Part shown: positions 29,246 to 38,444 of the stretch, piece after piece
Numbering within the stretch: position 1 is the first letter of the stretch
How the letters are laid out: each line of letters begins with the position of its first letter
Assembly: GCA_049322915.1 (NCBI GenBank)
Contig: JBMOPW010000016.1
Coordinates: 199,971-263,970, forward strand
Length of the DNA: 64,000 nucleotides
Direction: 5' to 3'
DNA from: Candidatus Zhuqueibacterota bacterium
GTDB lineage: Bacteria; Zhuqueibacterota; Zhuqueibacteria; Thermofontimicrobiales; Thermofontimicrobiaceae
Program-made: the position numbers and the translations under genes
Notes under the pieces: generated by a model
Database searches by the model: none
The model's input: the letters and a program-made list of their open reading frames with translations, nothing else
What the model was told of the DNA's origin: nothing

Positions 29246-29576
29246 GGAGTATCCTCGTGTTGTTTGAAAAAATAAAGGACTTAATATAGAATTCAAATTT
29301 GTTAAATACAAGGAGATTTTTGAAAAAAATATCTGCGCCGGGATGGGCAATACGGCTCGGTGAAACCGGGGATTCCAGCCCCACTGCAAACTCGGGCTGT
29401 CCGGGGAGTGTCGCCTGAAAAATGCGCCGACAGAATTTCAATTTGGTAAACGGGAAAGCAATGCCCCCATCGCGTATTTTCATGCGTCGAAAAGGGATGA
29501 TGGGAGAATTGGAGACCGCGGTGAGCGCCACTGCCCCGAACGCTCCCATAATCCCTTTGCGGCGGAGATGCCCCGG

Positions 29577-30059
29577 TCAGATCGGGGAAATGATCGGCTC
29601 GTCGACGAACATTTTGTTGAAGGCATGCATGGCCTGATTGAATTGATGCTCGGGCAAAATGCAGGTCATGCCCTCCTGCGTGGTCGTCAGCGAATCGAAA
29701 TCCACGTTGTATTCGCTGAATGCGCGCATGACATCGGAGACAAACGCGGAGAGGTTTTTGATACCTTCGCCTAAAATAAAAACAAGGGCCAGGTCTTTTT
29801 TGATAGTAACATCGCTTGCGCCAATTTCTTTTTTATGATGTTCCATGAGCTGAAAAGCTTCATCGGCCTGGTCTTTGGAAACCGTGAATGCAATTTCTCC
29901 GGTATCCGCTGAGAGGACGAGGTGACGGATGGTCAATATGTTGATCTGTCGATCTGCGAGAATATTCGTCATTTTTGCAAAAACGCCGGGTTTTTCAGGA
30001 ATGTTGTGGAGAATGATTTTCACGTAACTGCCGGTATGAAGAAACTGATATTTGTCCAT
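29577..30059 (-). CDS. Stand-alone tandem ACT-domain protein (aspartokinase regulatory-subunit-like)
   Basis: IPEKPGVFAKMTNILADRQINI...IAFTV and LALVFILGEGIK...VMRAFSEYNV; GGAGG RBS. Confidence 0.75.
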   Translation of the reverse strand: MDKYQFLHTGSYVKIILHNIPEKPGVFAKMTNILADRQINILTIRHLVLSADTGEIAFTVSKDQADEAFQLMEHHKKEIGASDVTIKKDLALVFILGEGIKNLSAFVSDVMRAFSEYNVDFDSLTTTQEGMTCILPEHQFNQAMHAFNKMFVDEPIISPI

Positions 30060-30239
30060 TCAGGCCTCCTTGTAATTTTAGGTTGTCAAAATATAAAAAA
30101 AAGAAACATAGATTGCAAGAAAATTCTCTTGCATTTTAGGCAGTAATATGATAATATTAAAACGACTTCTCGCCATTCCAGCGCAACACGATCCGGATGC
30201 GCTGCGAACACTGAACGATAATCCGAACAGGGAGCGCGG

Positions 30240-31220
30240 ATGACAAAAGAACCGATACAAAAAATTATCCGGCTGGATCAAATCGATTGGAGCGATCGCA
30301 GTTACATTTACGCCTTTGAACCGCCCATATCGGAAATGATCCAGTCCATCCGGCAGATTGGGCTACTGAATCCCCCGATCCTGGAGGAGACGATGCCGGA
30401 GACCTATCGCATCGTTTCCGGACTGCGCCGGATCATTGCGTTAGACCACCTGGGGCATCATGAATTTCCGGCGAAAATCTACAGCGAGGCCGGCCCCGGG
30501 CCGGATCTGAACCTGTTCTTGCTGAACCTCTATGACAACGCCGCGATCCGAAAATTTTCCATCGTCGAAAAGGCGCATATTCTGGATCGGCTCACTCGTC
30601 TTTTTCAGATGACCGGGCAGGAGATATATGAACGGATTTTTCCATTGCTGGAACTTGGCCGGAATCCACAGGTGCTGACGCGCTATTTGAAACTCGTCTC
30701 GGCAGATGACTCCCTGAAAGTGGCGCTGGTTGCCGATGAAATTTCCCCGGATACAGTGCTGCAACTTCTGGACTTGTCTCTTGATGATCGAAAAAATGTA
30801 TTTCAATTATTTCAGCAATTGAAGATTGGGAAGAACAACCAGAAGGAAGTGCTGCGATTATTGATCGATATTTCAAATAGGGATGAAATGCCCGTGAGCC
30901 GGATCATCGATCAGCCGGCTTTCGCGCGAATCATGACTGATGAAAAACTGACGCTGCCGGTGAAGGCGAATCTCGTCAAAGAATCGCTGAAAAAATTGCG
31001 CTATCCCCGGCTGAGCCAGGCAGAGATGCAGTTCGACCTTCTGAAAAAGAAGATGAAATTGCCGCCGACAATTCGTCTGAGTCCGCCGCCCTATTTTGAA
31101 GGGGACAAGTTTTCCGTAGAATTCAGTTTCAGGAACAAGAGCGAATTCGAGCGGGCGCTGAAAATTTTGAACAGCATGGCTGAGGAAAAAGAACTTGAAA
31201 CAATGCATCTGCTGGTTTGA
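30240..31220 (+). CDS. ParB/Srx N-terminal domain protein
   Basis: SIRQIGLLNPPIL...YRIVSGLRRI...DNAAIRKFSIVEKA. Confidence 0.85.
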   Translation: MTKEPIQKIIRLDQIDWSDRSYIYAFEPPISEMIQSIRQIGLLNPPILEETMPETYRIVSGLRRIIALDHLGHHEFPAKIYSEAGPGPDLNLFLLNLYDNAAIRKFSIVEKAHILDRLTRLFQMTGQEIYERIFPLLELGRNPQVLTRYLKLVSADDSLKVALVADEISPDTVLQLLDLSLDDRKNVFQLFQQLKIGKNNQKEVLRLLIDISNRDEMPVSRIIDQPAFARIMTDEKLTLPVKANLVKESLKKLRYPRLSQAEMQFDLLKKKMKLPPTIRLSPPPYFEGDKFSVEFSFRNKSEFERALKILNSMAEEKELETMHLLV

Positions 31221-31223
31221 ACG

Positions 31224-32330
31224 ATGACCGCTGTGACCTATGATCCAATCTCGGTGTTTGTCGAGGAGAAGGTCGCGTCGCACCCGGTGACGCGACGCAT
31301 TCTTCAGAAATTGCCGCACCTCACTCCAACAGTGTTCGCCGATCTCTCCCGGTTTCTGATGACGCCGCAGCACCATGACCGGACGCTTGCCCCATCGCGA
31401 AAACCGCTGGTACTGGCATTTCAAAAAGCGCCGTTTTTGAAGCGCTGTCCCGGCACCATGAATTATATTTGCTGCGGCTACCAGATTCTGAATCTGGTCA
31501 ATAACTGTGAAATGAATTGCAGCTACTGCATTTTGCAGGGCTATCTCAGCAGTCCCTACATCATCGTGTATGTCAATATCGAGGATATGTTCGGGGAACT
31601 GGAGCGAAAGCTAGCCCGGAATCCCGGAAAAATCTATCGGATTGGCACCGGGGAATTGGCGGATAGTTTGAGCACAGACGCCCTGACGAATTACTCCAGC
31701 CAGTTGGTGACGTTTTTTTCGGACAAACCGAACGCAGTCATTGAGCTGAAGACAAAATCCACTGCCATCGAGAATTTCATTGGCCTGGCCCATGCTGGCC
31801 GGACCGTGGCGGCGTGGTCGCTGAATACGCCGAAGCTGATGGCTGCGGAAGAGTCGCTGGCGCCGACGCTGGACCAACGGTTGGCTGCGGCGCTGAAATG
31901 CCAGTCCGCCGGTTTCAGGCTGGCTTTCCATTTTGACCCTATGATGTATTATGACGCGTGGGAAACAGATTATCGCTCCGTGGTAGAGCGCTTGTTCTCG
32001 GTCATTCAGCCGCAGAATATCCTCTGGATCAGCCTGGGCGCATTGCGCTATCCGCCGCATCTCGATTCGATTATCCGTTTCAGCCACCCGCAAAGCCGCA
32101 TCGTGTACGGCGAACTGGTCCCCGGGAAGGACGGAAAGCTCCGCTATTTCCAGCCGATACGGACGGAGATGTTCGGAAAGATGGTTGCATGGATCAGGGA
32201 GTTTGCCCCGAACGTGTTCGTGTATCTGTGCATGGAAAGCTCCGAAGTGTGGCAAAAATCGTTCGGCTGGAGTCCCAAAACCAGCGCCGGGTTAAAACGA
32301 ATGATGGATCGATTGGTGCAATCACTGTAA
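31224..32330 (+). CDS. Spore photoproduct lyase-like radical SAM protein
   Basis: NCEMNCSYC, IVYVNIEDM, GELADSL, ELKTKS, WSLN, FHFDP, YLCME. Confidence 0.88.
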   Translation: MTAVTYDPISVFVEEKVASHPVTRRILQKLPHLTPTVFADLSRFLMTPQHHDRTLAPSRKPLVLAFQKAPFLKRCPGTMNYICCGYQILNLVNNCEMNCSYCILQGYLSSPYIIVYVNIEDMFGELERKLARNPGKIYRIGTGELADSLSTDALTNYSSQLVTFFSDKPNAVIELKTKSTAIENFIGLAHAGRTVAAWSLNTPKLMAAEESLAPTLDQRLAAALKCQSAGFRLAFHFDPMMYYDAWETDYRSVVERLFSVIQPQNILWISLGALRYPPHLDSIIRFSHPQSRIVYGELVPGKDGKLRYFQPIRTEMFGKMVAWIREFAPNVFVYLCMESSEVWQKSFGWSPKTSAGLKRMMDRLVQSL

Positions 32331-32347
32331 ATGTATCGGGAGGTGTC

Positions 32348-34603
32348 ATGAATTTCAGCTTCATCAGGAATTTGAGTCTGCTTGTGTTTGCACTTCTGGG
32401 TTGCACGGATGGAGCGGCGCAGCAAGAACAAGTCTGGCACATCGCGGCCAGCGGAGAGATTTACTCATCTGCCGAGTGGACGGCATTGCCGGCAGGCGAC
32501 GCCGGAACCTGTGTTTCGGACAATGGTCTTCTCCGCGGCGTCTATGGTTTCCGCGAGGTCGGGTTCGATAATTTTTCGGTGAGCGAGTTCAGGCTGTTTT
32601 CCGGGGACTCGCTCCTGGGTGTGATTGCTGAACCGCACGGCATGGGATTTTATCTTTCCAACTGCGGCGTCATCGCTGCTGTGACTGCGACGGAATCCCT
32701 GACAGGGAAAGGGAGCGTCACGTTCTATTCGCCAACCGGCCAGGAATTTTTCAGCCTGGCCACGCTTCATGCCCGACGATTCAAATTTTCCGGCGATGGC
32801 AAATGGTTCGGCGTCGTCGATGACGCCGGTCTGCATCTGGTTCAACCGGAAAGCCGCGTGACTTTTGAATTAGACCGGATTGAACTGTTCGATTTTTCTG
32901 ACGATGCCGGGCATGTCGCCGGATGTGGAGACGGCCGGATTGCGCTCTGGACCCGGGCCGACAATCGCATGGAGGCGCATCCCTTGTCAGACATGCCGTA
33001 TGTTCGCGAGATTGCAATATCGCCGGACGGAGAAATCGTGGCCGTGATTGCGAGGGACGAAGCGCGGATTTTCCCCTGGCGAAAGCCTGACCAGTGGCTT
33101 CTTCGCCAGACCGTGTCCGGCGCGAAACGCTACCGCGATGTCCGGCTGGAGAACGAGCGCATTTTACTGGGAGTGCAGGAGAGAGAACGGGATCGATCCC
33201 GCGGTACCCTGGAAATTTACAATGTCCGGGGTGAGTTGATGACGTCAGAATCGAGCGATGCGCAAATTCTCCCCCATCCTGCCGGCGCCGGCTCGCTCAA
33301 AAAATCACTCAATCGCGATGAAATCCACTGGCCGTTCGCGCCGTTCGACAGCGTGTACAGCATTGGCAACAGCTACGAGGAGTATCAGAATTACGGCGGT
33401 GATCCCTATCCCCATCCCGGCGTGGATTTAATGGCGGCCGCCCATACGCCGGTGTACGCTGTGTCCGATGGCGTGGTGAAGGCTGTGCTGACCATTTCCG
33501 GCAGCTATCACTGGCGTGTGGCTGTCGGCGATTCCGCCGGGCCGGAACGCTGCGAAGGCTGGCTGTATGCCCATCTGGATCGACCCACGATTGCTGTCGC
33601 CGTGGGCGATGTGGTGTATGCCGGGGACTGTCTGGGTCAATTGGTCCCGTGGCCGTCGTACAGTTTCACTCATTTGCATTTTGTCAAAGTCGAGCAGGAG
33701 GGAGATACCTGGACAGGGAACTGGGACGTGATTGTCAATGCGCTGGAAGTGATGCGGCCCAATAGCGATAGCACAGCGCCCATGTTTTTCAATACCATCG
33801 ATGAAGATCGCTTCGCCTTCTGCTACAATGAGTCCAATATTTATCTGCCGGCCGATAATTTGAATGGGCAAATCGACATCATCGCCCGCGTTTCCGATTT
33901 CATCAACGACGAGTACTGGCAATGCGCGGTTTACAAACTGACATACTGGATCCGGCATATCCCGGCCGACACCCTCATTCTCCAGCCAACTCTGGCTGCG
34001 GTGTTGAATCACCGAATTCCGAATTACACCGCAACCCCGGAATTCACGCGGACGCTGTACAAAGACGATTTTCCCCTGGACACCAAAGGCGATTACAATT
34101 ACCGGATTTATTATCACATCCTCACCAACAACGATGGGGACGCGCTGCTCGAGGACGCTGACAGGGATAAATGTTTCGACACCGCGCAATTTCCGGATGG
34201 ACCCTATCGCATCTACGTTCAGGCGGAAGATGCCTTTGGCAATAGCTCCGTGGATAGCATGAATGTCGTTTTCAATAATGGCAATAGTGCTGTTCATAAC
34301 CAGATTGCCGCATCCGGGGCGACTTCCATTTTTCGTCTGTCCCAGAATTGCCCCAATCCGTTCAATTCTCGGACAGTGATACGTTACCAACTCGAGAAGG
34401 CGGGTCGTGCGACTGTTTCGATCTATAATGTGAAAGGACAGCGCATCATCACGCTGTTGAATCAGGACTCTCCGGCCGGGCAGTTTGAAATTGTGTGGGA
34501 CGGCGCTGATACCTCCGGTCGTCCGATGCCTTCCGGCTTATATTTTTATTCATTGGAAACGCGCGGCGAGACTGAGACCAGGAAGATGCTGCTGCTGGAA
34601 TGA
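32348..34603 (+). CDS. Secreted M23 metallopeptidase with propeller-like N-terminus and FlgD-Ig CTD
   Basis: HPGVD, YAHLD, THLHF; C-terminal LSQNCPNPFN...TRKMLLLE; GGAGGTG RBS before ATG 32348. Confidence 0.85.
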   Translation: MNFSFIRNLSLLVFALLGCTDGAAQQEQVWHIAASGEIYSSAEWTALPAGDAGTCVSDNGLLRGVYGFREVGFDNFSVSEFRLFSGDSLLGVIAEPHGMGFYLSNCGVIAAVTATESLTGKGSVTFYSPTGQEFFSLATLHARRFKFSGDGKWFGVVDDAGLHLVQPESRVTFELDRIELFDFSDDAGHVAGCGDGRIALWTRADNRMEAHPLSDMPYVREIAISPDGEIVAVIARDEARIFPWRKPDQWLLRQTVSGAKRYRDVRLENERILLGVQERERDRSRGTLEIYNVRGELMTSESSDAQILPHPAGAGSLKKSLNRDEIHWPFAPFDSVYSIGNSYEEYQNYGGDPYPHPGVDLMAAAHTPVYAVSDGVVKAVLTISGSYHWRVAVGDSAGPERCEGWLYAHLDRPTIAVAVGDVVYAGDCLGQLVPWPSYSFTHLHFVKVEQEGDTWTGNWDVIVNALEVMRPNSDSTAPMFFNTIDEDRFAFCYNESNIYLPADNLNGQIDIIARVSDFINDEYWQCAVYKLTYWIRHIPADTLILQPTLAAVLNHRIPNYTATPEFTRTLYKDDFPLDTKGDYNYRIYYHILTNNDGDALLEDADRDKCFDTAQFPDGPYRIYVQAEDAFGNSSVDSMNVVFNNGNSAVHNQIAASGATSIFRLSQNCPNPFNSRTVIRYQLEKAGRATVSIYNVKGQRIITLLNQDSPAGQFEIVWDGADTSGRPMPSGLYFYSLETRGETETRKMLLLE

Positions 34604-34624
34604 TCGATGGGATGAAATAAAACC

Positions 34625-34653
34625 GATGAGGCGCCGATGGGAAGCGCCTCATC
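34625..34653. terminator. Hairpin between convergent genes
   Basis: GATGAGGCGC...GCGCCTCATC 10-bp stem. Confidence 0.55.
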
Positions 34654-34690
34654 TTGACCGCTCAATGAACTCCGTTAGCCCTTGGTTTTT

Positions 34691-37024
34691 TCAAGGTTTC
34701 GCTTCAAAAATGAACAGCTTGCCAGCCAGAAAATCGGTCATCCACAATCGACCGTGCGAATCGACGACAGCCTTTGTGAGCGAATAGATGGCGTCGCCGA
34801 ACTGTCCGTTCATGTAAAACGATGCATTGCGCGTATCGAAACGGGTATCGCCAAAGGGATAATCGAACTGGTGCAGGGCCGTAAATTCACCGTCCCCCGG
34901 ATTGAATTGGAGAATGACAAGCCGATCCTTTTGATGGCAGGTGATGATGAGGCGGTTCTCCCAGACGAACATATTGTCCGGCAGGCCGCGAACCGGCAGC
35001 GGCCAGGTGGAGCCGCGTCCGCCAATTTCCTGCACGCTGTTTGCCAGATGGTTGATCACGTACACCCCATCCCGGAACCGGCGCAGGGTGAGCGGTCCGT
35101 CGCCTGTGGCTGTTTGTGTTTGGGCGAAGGTGGCTTTGTCGATTGTGGTGACGGTGTTCGATTCGAAATTGGCGATGTAAATGCGCTGCGAATCGAACAT
35201 CAGGTCAGTGGCAGAGCGCCCTGTTTCACTGCGATGGATGACCTTCTGTGAATCCAGATCGATGACCTGGAAAATGCTATTCTCCGAATCGGTTTCGCCG
35301 GCGCGAACCAGATACAACCGATGCAACGCCGCATCATACTCCAGAATTCGCTGCGTCGTTTCCCGCGTGACCTGATCTTTCAGCGGCAGTCTTTTCCCGA
35401 TTTCGAACAACCGCACCTCGTCTTCCAATCGCCCGATAAATTGCTCTTCGCTGCCCCAGTTATTCTGGGTGAAATAGAGCACGCCATTTTTGTCAATGGC
35501 CATCTGTTGCGCCTGGCGCGGAATGCGTCGGTCGTAGACGCTCAGGTCGTTGGTGTGCAGAGTGAGGATGCCATTTTTCGCATCCCAGATGTACACATCC
35601 GGCCAGTAGGATTGATGCGCGCCGTAGGAGAGACTCACATCGCCGGCGGCGTTGAGCCCAGCGCAAATTGGATAATCAAAGGGCAGCCGGTGCATCTGAA
35701 ATTGGCCATCGCTGTTCACCTCGGCGAACTGGTCTTCAGAATTGAAAACCAGCACGCTGTTCCTGGAATTCACGGCGACCAGGTCTATGGGCGCCCAGCC
35801 GGTGTAAATTTTTGTCATCTCTTCGGTCACGGGATTGAGCACGCTGATGGCCGCGCCGAAAGCGCCATTGACAGCCGTCGCGCCTCTGGGAATGTAAAGC
35901 TGATTGTCGTTGGGATTGAACGCCATGGAAAACATGTGGGGAAGAATGCCCAGCCCCGGGATGCGTTTCACAAACTGCCGCGTCTTCAGATCGACCACAT
36001 CAATTTCGCCGTGAGCCCAGCTCGCGATATAGAGCCGTTCATTTTTGAAATCGACGGCGCTGGCGTCGTTGCCGAACGCCGGCAATTTGATTTCCGAGAT
36101 CATTCCGTTTTGCTTGAAATTCACGACGTGAACCGTGGGATGGTTGTCGTAGGGAATGTAAATTTCATCCCGGTCCGGGAAATAGGTGATTCCGACCCCC
36201 TCGGTGAGTTGAGGCAATTCGATGATCGTCTCGCTGTTCGGGGCGATGCCGATCCGGGCGGCCTGAATGACTCTCCGCTGATCTGTTTCCAGCGCCAGAT
36301 AGAGCGAATGAGTCGATTGATTGTAGCCGGCGAAATGCCAGCGCCCGCCTTTGTTCAGCGACAGTTGGCGCGTTTCCATCAGCTTGCAGTTGCCCGGATC
36401 GAATAAGAACAGCCGGGCGGTCAGGCCGTCGATGGCGATGGCGCGATTCAAATCCCGGTCGAGTACCACCCTGCGAATCGGCGGCGGCGGTGTTGCATTG
36501 AGATTCATCAATTCCTCGGCAAAATCCAGCCAGTCCACCATTCGGAATTTGCCGGATCTGGCGTGGAAGAATCCGAGGGATTTGCTCTGACGGCCGGCCA
36601 GGAACACATTGCCGCTGTGCTCATCCACAGCGATGGTCTCGAATTGCGTCGCCGTTGTCACGGTGAACGCGGTTTGCTTTTCCGGCGAAATGATGAAAAA
36701 ACAATGGATCCCCAGAAGATACACGTCCCCGGTTTTGGCATGGATCGTCATGGCGTCGGATTTGAGATGCTGCAACACGCGGCTGCTGAGCCGGATATTG
36801 GCGACGCCTCGGGTGGCTCCGTCGATGATGGAAACGCTGGAAGATAGCGTGTTGGCGACGACGACGCGGTTGCGCTCAGCGTCCATTTTCACGAGCATTG
36901 GCCCGGCAGCATTGACGTTCAGATTGACCGCATCGAGGAAATCGACGGTCGTCACGGTGATTTCAGCGTGGAGCGGAACGACGAAGGAAAGGCAGAGACT
37001 AAGGATTAATTTTTTAATCAACAT
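34691..37024 (-). CDS. Secreted YncE/YVTN-like beta-propeller protein
   Basis: Signal peptide; blades such as VVANTLSSSVSIID, LYIASWAHGEIDVVD, IYIANFESNTVTTID. Confidence 0.8.
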   Translation of the reverse strand: MLIKKLILSLCLSFVVPLHAEITVTTVDFLDAVNLNVNAAGPMLVKMDAERNRVVVANTLSSSVSIIDGATRGVANIRLSSRVLQHLKSDAMTIHAKTGDVYLLGIHCFFIISPEKQTAFTVTTATQFETIAVDEHSGNVFLAGRQSKSLGFFHARSGKFRMVDWLDFAEELMNLNATPPPPIRRVVLDRDLNRAIAIDGLTARLFLFDPGNCKLMETRQLSLNKGGRWHFAGYNQSTHSLYLALETDQRRVIQAARIGIAPNSETIIELPQLTEGVGITYFPDRDEIYIPYDNHPTVHVVNFKQNGMISEIKLPAFGNDASAVDFKNERLYIASWAHGEIDVVDLKTRQFVKRIPGLGILPHMFSMAFNPNDNQLYIPRGATAVNGAFGAAISVLNPVTEEMTKIYTGWAPIDLVAVNSRNSVLVFNSEDQFAEVNSDGQFQMHRLPFDYPICAGLNAAGDVSLSYGAHQSYWPDVYIWDAKNGILTLHTNDLSVYDRRIPRQAQQMAIDKNGVLYFTQNNWGSEEQFIGRLEDEVRLFEIGKRLPLKDQVTRETTQRILEYDAALHRLYLVRAGETDSENSIFQVIDLDSQKVIHRSETGRSATDLMFDSQRIYIANFESNTVTTIDKATFAQTQTATGDGPLTLRRFRDGVYVINHLANSVQEIGGRGSTWPLPVRGLPDNMFVWENRLIITCHQKDRLVILQFNPGDGEFTALHQFDYPFGDTRFDTRNASFYMNGQFGDAIYSLTKAVVDSHGRLWMTDFLAGKLFIFEAKP

Positions 37025-37066
37025 GCAGGTTACTCCATAATGGTTCTGTATTGAATTTTTTCCAGG

Positions 37067-37765
37067 TCACCCGGCGACCAGCACAGAATTTTTCTCCAAC
37101 TGAGCCACGAGTTTTTGGAAATGAGTATCGGCATCGACAATCGGCCATTGGAAGCGATGGGCATATTTCCGAAGCCGTCTGTCCGGGAAAACAGCAATGG
37201 GAAGTTTCACCGAGTCCAGCAGAAAGCGATCGTCCCAGTGATTGGCCAGGGCCGCAGTCTGGTCCCAATGGCAGCCGTGCTCGCGGAGCCAGTTCGCTGC
37301 AGCGGTCACTTTGCGCTGTCCCCGCGGGTGCAGGCCGTTCAATTCGCCGGTCAGTTTGCCTGACTCGATGGCCGGCTCGGCGCAGATGATTTCATTTATC
37401 TGAAGAAGACGCAGCAGAGGCTGCGCCAGCGGCCGCGGCGTGCCGCTGAGCAGGACCAACCTGTCGCCGCGGGACTGGAACCAGCGTACTATTTTCAGCG
37501 ACTCCGGCCGGAGATGATGTTTCATCGTGTCCTCCCAGCACTGGTCGATCCATGTCCCCACGTCGTCGGTCGACTGGCCGGCCAGGTAGATCAGTTTCAG
37601 ATGCAGCCAGGCCGAGGGTGGTATTTTCAGCGCCGAACGGAATAGTTGAGCCAGGATGCGACCGGGGCGAATTTTACCGGTTCGAATCAGGTACTGTAAA
37701 AACCATTGCTCCAGACTCCGTTCGATGAGAGTCCCGTCAATGTCCACCAGAATGATTGGCCGCAG
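37067..37765 (-). CDS. HAD-IB family phosphatase, probable CTG start
   Basis: IILVDIDGT (motif I), LLSGT (II), GQRK (III), ANHWDDRFLL (IV), PIAVFPD. Confidence 0.85.
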   Translation of the reverse strand: MRPIILVDIDGTLIERSLEQWFLQYLIRTGKIRPGRILAQLFRSALKIPPSAWLHLKLIYLAGQSTDDVGTWIDQCWEDTMKHHLRPESLKIVRWFQSRGDRLVLLSGTPRPLAQPLLRLLQINEIICAEPAIESGKLTGELNGLHPRGQRKVTAAANWLREHGCHWDQTAALANHWDDRFLLDSVKLPIAVFPDRRLRKYAHRFQWPIVDADTHFQKLVAQLEKNSVLVAG

Positions 37766-38411
37766 ATTCCTCCTCCTTTCGCTGGATGAGAACGCTCCCT
37801 TCGATGATCACCGGAATTCCCCGCACAAGGCACATGGCGGCTGTTGCAACGGCGAGGATCAATCCCAATTTCAATCCGAATTGAATGAAGTCGGGTGTAA
37901 CAATTGGCTTTTTGATAATCAATTTGTCCAGGGCGGAAATGAGCAACAGCCAACTGAACGTGACGGCTTTCATGATCGCGTACGAGGTTCGCATCCAGGG
38001 TGAGCCGGTGAGAAATCGCCCTAACTTCGTCCGCATGATGGTCGTTTTGCCGAAGGCCGTGTAGCCAAAGCGCAGCGCGTAACTCCGGATGGTATCGGTC
38101 AGGATGTCGCGGGAAATGACCACAATCGGAATCCAGACCGGCACAAGATTCAGATCGCCCATGATGATCCAGAGAACGCTCTCGATCATACGGTCGCCGG
38201 CAATGTCCAGGACGCTGCCGAACATGGTTGACATTTCCAGCCGTCGCGCTAAAAAGCCGTCCAGCCAGTCCATGACGATGATCAGGATTGTCAGGCAAAC
38301 CGCCAGCAGGCGCGCCCAGATGCCATGATCGTAAATTAAGAAAACCAGGAAGAACAGCAACCCCACTCGCAAGACGGTCACCATGTTCGGCCAGGAGAGA
38401 AATTTTTTCAT
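37737..38411 (-). CDS. CDP-alcohol phosphatidyltransferase (PgsA-like)
   Basis: PNMVTVLR; DWLDGFLARRLEMSTMFGSVLDIAGD signature. Confidence 0.92.
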   Translation of the reverse strand: MKKFLSWPNMVTVLRVGLLFFLVFLIYDHGIWARLLAVCLTILIIVMDWLDGFLARRLEMSTMFGSVLDIAGDRMIESVLWIIMGDLNLVPVWIPIVVISRDILTDTIRSYALRFGYTAFGKTTIMRTKLGRFLTGSPWMRTSYAIMKAVTFSWLLLISALDKLIIKKPIVTPDFIQFGLKLGLILAVATAAMCLVRGIPVIIEGSVLIQRKEEESAANHSGGH

Positions 38412-38444
38412 GAGTTACCCTTCAGTTTGAGTTGGTCAGCAGAT

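Noticed and set aside
30240..31220. ParB as a chromosome-partition or plasmid/prophage marker
   Set aside because: No parA, parS, integrase or phage genes nearby; context is chromosomal.
31958..32347. N-terminal 130 aa of the 881-aa ORF
   Set aside because: Overlaps the radical SAM gene; RBS and signal peptide place the start at 32348.
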